NCBI RefSeq assembly: GCF_963921235.1
Contig: NC_086097.1
Span: forward strand, 2,294,001-2,358,000
Reading direction: 5' to 3'
Origin: Mobula hypostoma
Taxonomy: Eukaryota
Length of the DNA: 64,000 nt
The first letter of the stretch is position 1. Every line of letters starts with the position of its first letter. The translations under genes and the position numbers were made by a program. Shown in pieces: positions 60,157 to 64,000 of this stretch. The notes below the pieces were generated by a model. It had not been told where the DNA came from. It saw nothing but the letters and a program-made list of their open reading frames with translations, and ran no database searches.

Positions 60157-60760
60157 TGGCAAGGTAGTGTAGTAGTTAACACAACACTTTACAGTGACAG
60201 TGACCCAGTTTCAATTCCCACTACTGTCTGTAAGGAGTTGGTCCATCGCGTGGATTTCGCGTTGGCCCGTCGAGTAGAATGCGTGGATTTCCTCCAAGTG
60301 CTCTGGTTTTCTCCCACAGTCCAAAGCTGTATCAGTTCCTTAAGACCATATGATATAGGAGCAGAATTAGGCCATTTGGCCCATCACATCCACTCCATTA
60401 TTTCATCATGGCTGATCCATTTTTCCTCTCAGCCCCAATCTCCTGCCTTCTCCTTATATCCCTTCATGCCCTGACCAATCAAGAATCTATCATCCTCTAC
60501 TTTAAATATACCCAATGACTTGGCCTCCACGGCTGCCTGTGGCAATGATTTCCACAGATTCACCACTCTCTGGCCAAAGAAATTCCTCATCTCCATTCTA
60601 AAAAGACCTGTGTCCTTTGGTATCAGACTCTCCAGCGTAGGAAACTAGTTCATGTAGGTGAATTAGTCATTGTAAATTGTCATGTGATCATGCTGGGCAG
60701 CTGGATGGTGTGGCTCAGTGGCCGAAAAGGCCTGTTCCTGCTCAGAATCTCTAAATAAAA
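60157..60760 (+). mobile_element. V-SINE split by a minus-strand CR1 3' end (~60340-60645)
   Basis: ggtagtgtagtag A-box-like, gtttcaattcc B-box-like, gcgtggatttcctccaagtgctctggttttctcccacagtccaaag V-domain; tail ctctaaataaa. Confidence 0.72.
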
Positions 60761-60920
60761 AGCATAAAATGCTGGGAACTCGCTGCACTGATGAAGGAGA
60801 ATCAGAGATAGCACAATGAACGGTCCCTGACCTGAAACAAGTTCTGATGAAAAATAATTTGACCCAAATTATTTGCTATTTTGCTCTTTAAAGAACAACT
60901 ATGAACTCGTATTTGGAAGG

Positions 60921-61583
60921 GGAGGAGGAGAAGATGGCAGCGTGACGCAGCTCGCAGCGGCCACTCCGGTGAATAATCTGTCAAGTAGGGTGCTGTGCAC
61001 AATCCTGATTTGATGGAGACAGACGTGAGAGAACGGAGGAACATCTGGAGAAACTTCTGAAATGTCTCCTTTGCTGCCACTGTTACTGTGTGATCCAGAA
61101 TCTCCGGAGGGGAAGGCTCCGAGTCCTCGGCTTTGCTTGTTGCTCGGCGGCCGGGATGGGGTCGAAGCGCTCGGCAGAGGATGGTGTTTGGTGTTGGAGG
61201 GCTGGTCGGAGGCTCGAAGTTTTCGGACAGACTCAGAGTCGGCTGTGGTCGGGTGCTTCCAATGCATCGACAGTTGTCGGCGCCTGGAGGTTTATGGCAG
61301 GGAGAGTTTCTCCGTTCTGCTGCCTGCTATCAGGACTATCGGGAGTCGATCGGAATTTTGAGACACTTTTTTACCGTGCCCATGGTCTGCTTTTTATCAA
61401 ATTATGGTATTGCTTTGCACTACTGTAACTATATGTTATAATTATGTGGCCTTGTCTGTGTTAGTCTTTGGTTTGTCCTTTTTTTTGGTGATATTACTCA
61501 AGAGGAACATTGTATAATTCCTTAATGCACACATTTCTAAATGACAATAAACGAGGTCGGAGTGTCCTCATAATCTAATCTAA
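60921..61583 (+). mobile_element. Putative non-autonomous LINE-derived element (~660 bp)
   Basis: CpG-rich body starting ggaggaggagaagatggc (YY1-like), T-rich 3' part, tgacaataaa and an (atcta)n tail like the Rex1 tails in this window. No coding homology seen. Confidence 0.55.
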
Positions 61584-61907
61584 AAGTGTTGATAACAATC
61601 ACAGCTTTTATCCTGAATTTCAAGCAGCTGCAGAATTCTATTTCTGTTGATTTTTGGATCATGCACGTTGAGAAATATTTTAATTCAGATGCTGGCATGA
61701 AGGAGAAGAACTGCATCAATAAAAATAAAAATGTTCCATGAAGTGAAAATGAGACACAAGGCACATGGTTAATAATTTGCATTAACAAGATTCACGTTGG
61801 GCTTGACAAGTAGCACGGAACCTTAGACCCATCAGAATGGACCGCACAGAGAGCTATTCACGCAAGCACTTGAGGTTAATCCTATGCCCAACTCTTAGTC
61901 ATGAAAT

Positions 61908-64000
61908 TATAGAAACATAGAAAATAGCTGCAAGAGTAGGCCATTCGGCCCTTCGAGCCTGCACCGCCATTTATTATGATCATGGCTGATCATCCAACTC
62001 AGAACCCCGCCCCAGCCTTCCCTCCATACCCACTGACCCCTGTAGCCACAAGGGCCATATCTAACTCCCTCTTAAATATAACCAATGAACTGGCCTCAAC
62101 TGTTTCCTGTGGCAGAGAATTCCACAGATTCACCACTCTCTGTGTGAAGAAGTTTTTCCTAATCTCAGTCCTAAAAGGCTTCCTCTTTATCCTCAAACTG
62201 TGACCCCTCGTTCTGGACCTCCCCAACATCGGGAACAATCTTCCTGCATCCAGCCTGTCCAATCCCTTTAGGATTTTATACGTTTCAATCAGATCCCCCC
62301 TCAATCTTCTAAATTCCAACGAGTACAACCGTAGTTCATCCAGTCTTTCTTCATATGAAAGTCCTGCCATCCCAGGAATCAATCTAGTGAACCTTCTTTG
62401 TACTCCCTCTATGGCAAGGATGTCTTTCCTCAGATTAGGGGACCAAAACTGCACACAATACTCCAGGTGTGGTCTCACCAAGGCCTTGTACAACTGCAGT
62501 AGTACCTCCCTGCTCCTGTACTCGAATCCTCTCGCTATAAATGCCAGCATACCATTCGCCTTTTTCACCGCCTGCTGTACCTGCATGCCCACTTTCAATG
62601 ACTGGTGTATAATGACACCCAGGTCTTGTTGCACCTCCCCTTTTCCTAATCGGCCACCATTCAGATAATAATCTGTTTTCCTATTTTTGCCACCAAAGTG
62701 GATAACTTCACATTTATCCACATTAAATTGCATCTGCCATGAATTTGCCCACTCACCCAACCTATCCAAGTCACCCTGCATCCTCTTAGCATCCTCCTCA
62801 CAGCTAACACTGCCGCCCAGCTTCGTGTCATCCGCAAACTTGGAGATGCTGCATTTAATTCCCTCATCCAAGTCATTAATATATATTGTAAACAACCTGG
62901 GGTCCCAGCACTGAGCCTTGCGGTACCCCACTAGTCACTGCCTGCCATTCTGAAAAGGTCCCGTTTATTCCCACTCTTTGCTTCCTGTCTGCTAACCAAT
63001 TCTCTATCCACATCAATACCTTACCCCCAATACCGTGTGCATTAAATTTGCACACTAATCTCCTGTGTGGGAACTTGTCAAAAGCCTTTTGAAAATCCAA
63101 ATATACCACATCCACTGGTTCTCCCCTATCCACTCTACTAGTTACATCCTCAAAAAATTCTATGAGATTCGTCAGACATGATTTTCCTTTCACAAATCCA
63201 TGCTGACTTTGTCTGATCATTTCACCGCTTTCCAAATGTGCTGTTATCACATCTTTGATAACTGACTCCAACAGTTTCCCCACCACCAACGTTAGGCTAA
63301 CTGGTCTATAATTCCCCGGTTTCTCTCTCCCTCCTTTTTTAAAAAGTGGGGTTACATTAACCACCCTCCAATCCTCAGGAACTAGTCCAGAATCCAATGA
63401 GTTTTGAAAAATTATCACTAATGCATCCACTATTTCTTGGGCTACTTCCTTAAGCGCTCTGGAATGCAGACCATCTGGCCCTGGGGATTTATCTGCCTTT
63501 AATCCCTTCAATTTACCCAACACCACTTCCCTACTAACATGCATTTCGCTCAGTTCCTCCATCTCACTGGACCCTCTGTCCCTTACTATTTCTGGAAGAT
63601 TATTTATGTCCTCTTTAGTGAAGACAGAACCAAAGTAATTATTCAATTGGTCTGCCATGTCCTTGCTCCCCATAATCAATTCACCTGTTTCTGTCTGTAG
63701 GGGACCTACATTTGTCTTTACCAGTCTTTTCCTTTTTACATAGCTATAAAAGCTTTTACAGTCAGTTTTTATGTTCCCTGCCAATTTTCTCTCATAATCT
63801 TTTCTCCCCTTCCTAATTAAGCCCTTTGTCCTCCTCTGCTGGACTCTGAATTTCTCCCAGTCCTCAGGTGAGCCACTTTTTCTGGCTAATTTGTATGCTT
63901 CTTCTTTGGAATTGATACTATCCCTAATTTCTCTTGTCAGCCACGGGTGCACTATCTTCCTTGATTTATTCTTTTGCCAAACTGGGATGAACAATTGTTG
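61908..64000 (-). mobile_element. Young CR1 LINE, ORF2 linker-RT-C-terminus with one frameshift near 62900; continues beyond the window
   Basis: ORFs 62876-63994 (PWLT...KSPGPDG...NYRPVSLT...QHGF...DFQKAFD...GVPQGSVLGP) and 61999-62931 (FADDTK...RPHLEYC...WNSLP); 3' tail (tttctatg)n. Confidence 0.95.

Noticed and set aside
60786..60850. Additional hammerhead (ctgatga...gaaac)
   Set aside because: Core fragments are present but stems I and II cannot be formed; at most a decayed Penelope remnant.

Overview
Repeat-dense vertebrate genomic DNA, not prokaryotic. The repeat mix (HE1/V-SINE-like SINEs, abundant CR1, Rex1/Babar, Penelope) suggests a cartilaginous fish, possibly a ray; this is inference. 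The only host-gene exon I can find is a 126-bp minus-strand coding exon of ITPK1 (2425-2550), which the ORF track misses, so the remaining ~61 kb is probably one large ITPK1 intron. The region holds: (i) a nearly intact CsRn1-clade Ty3/Gypsy provirus (4181-8526, minus) with a 4-bp TSD, tRNA-Trp PBS, PPT, a G-GGA-AAC -1 frameshift site, one nonsense codon, and a pol ORF that runs into the 3' LTR; (ii) two ~711-bp solo LTRs of a second family; (iii) a Penelope-like inverted-repeat insertion with a minimal hammerhead ribozyme motif on each strand; (iv) a 46-bp minisatellite (~22 copies), a 31-bp minisatellite and a ~6.9-kb G-rich, strand-asymmetric satellite; (v) many nested CR1, Rex1/Babar, L1, RTE-like, SINE, Tc1 and Tigger/pogo-like fragments. 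I see no convincing wholly new system. The best leads are the paired hammerheads, the LTR-overlapping pol with its frameshift signal, and the giant satellite. Boundaries of degenerate fragments are approximate.
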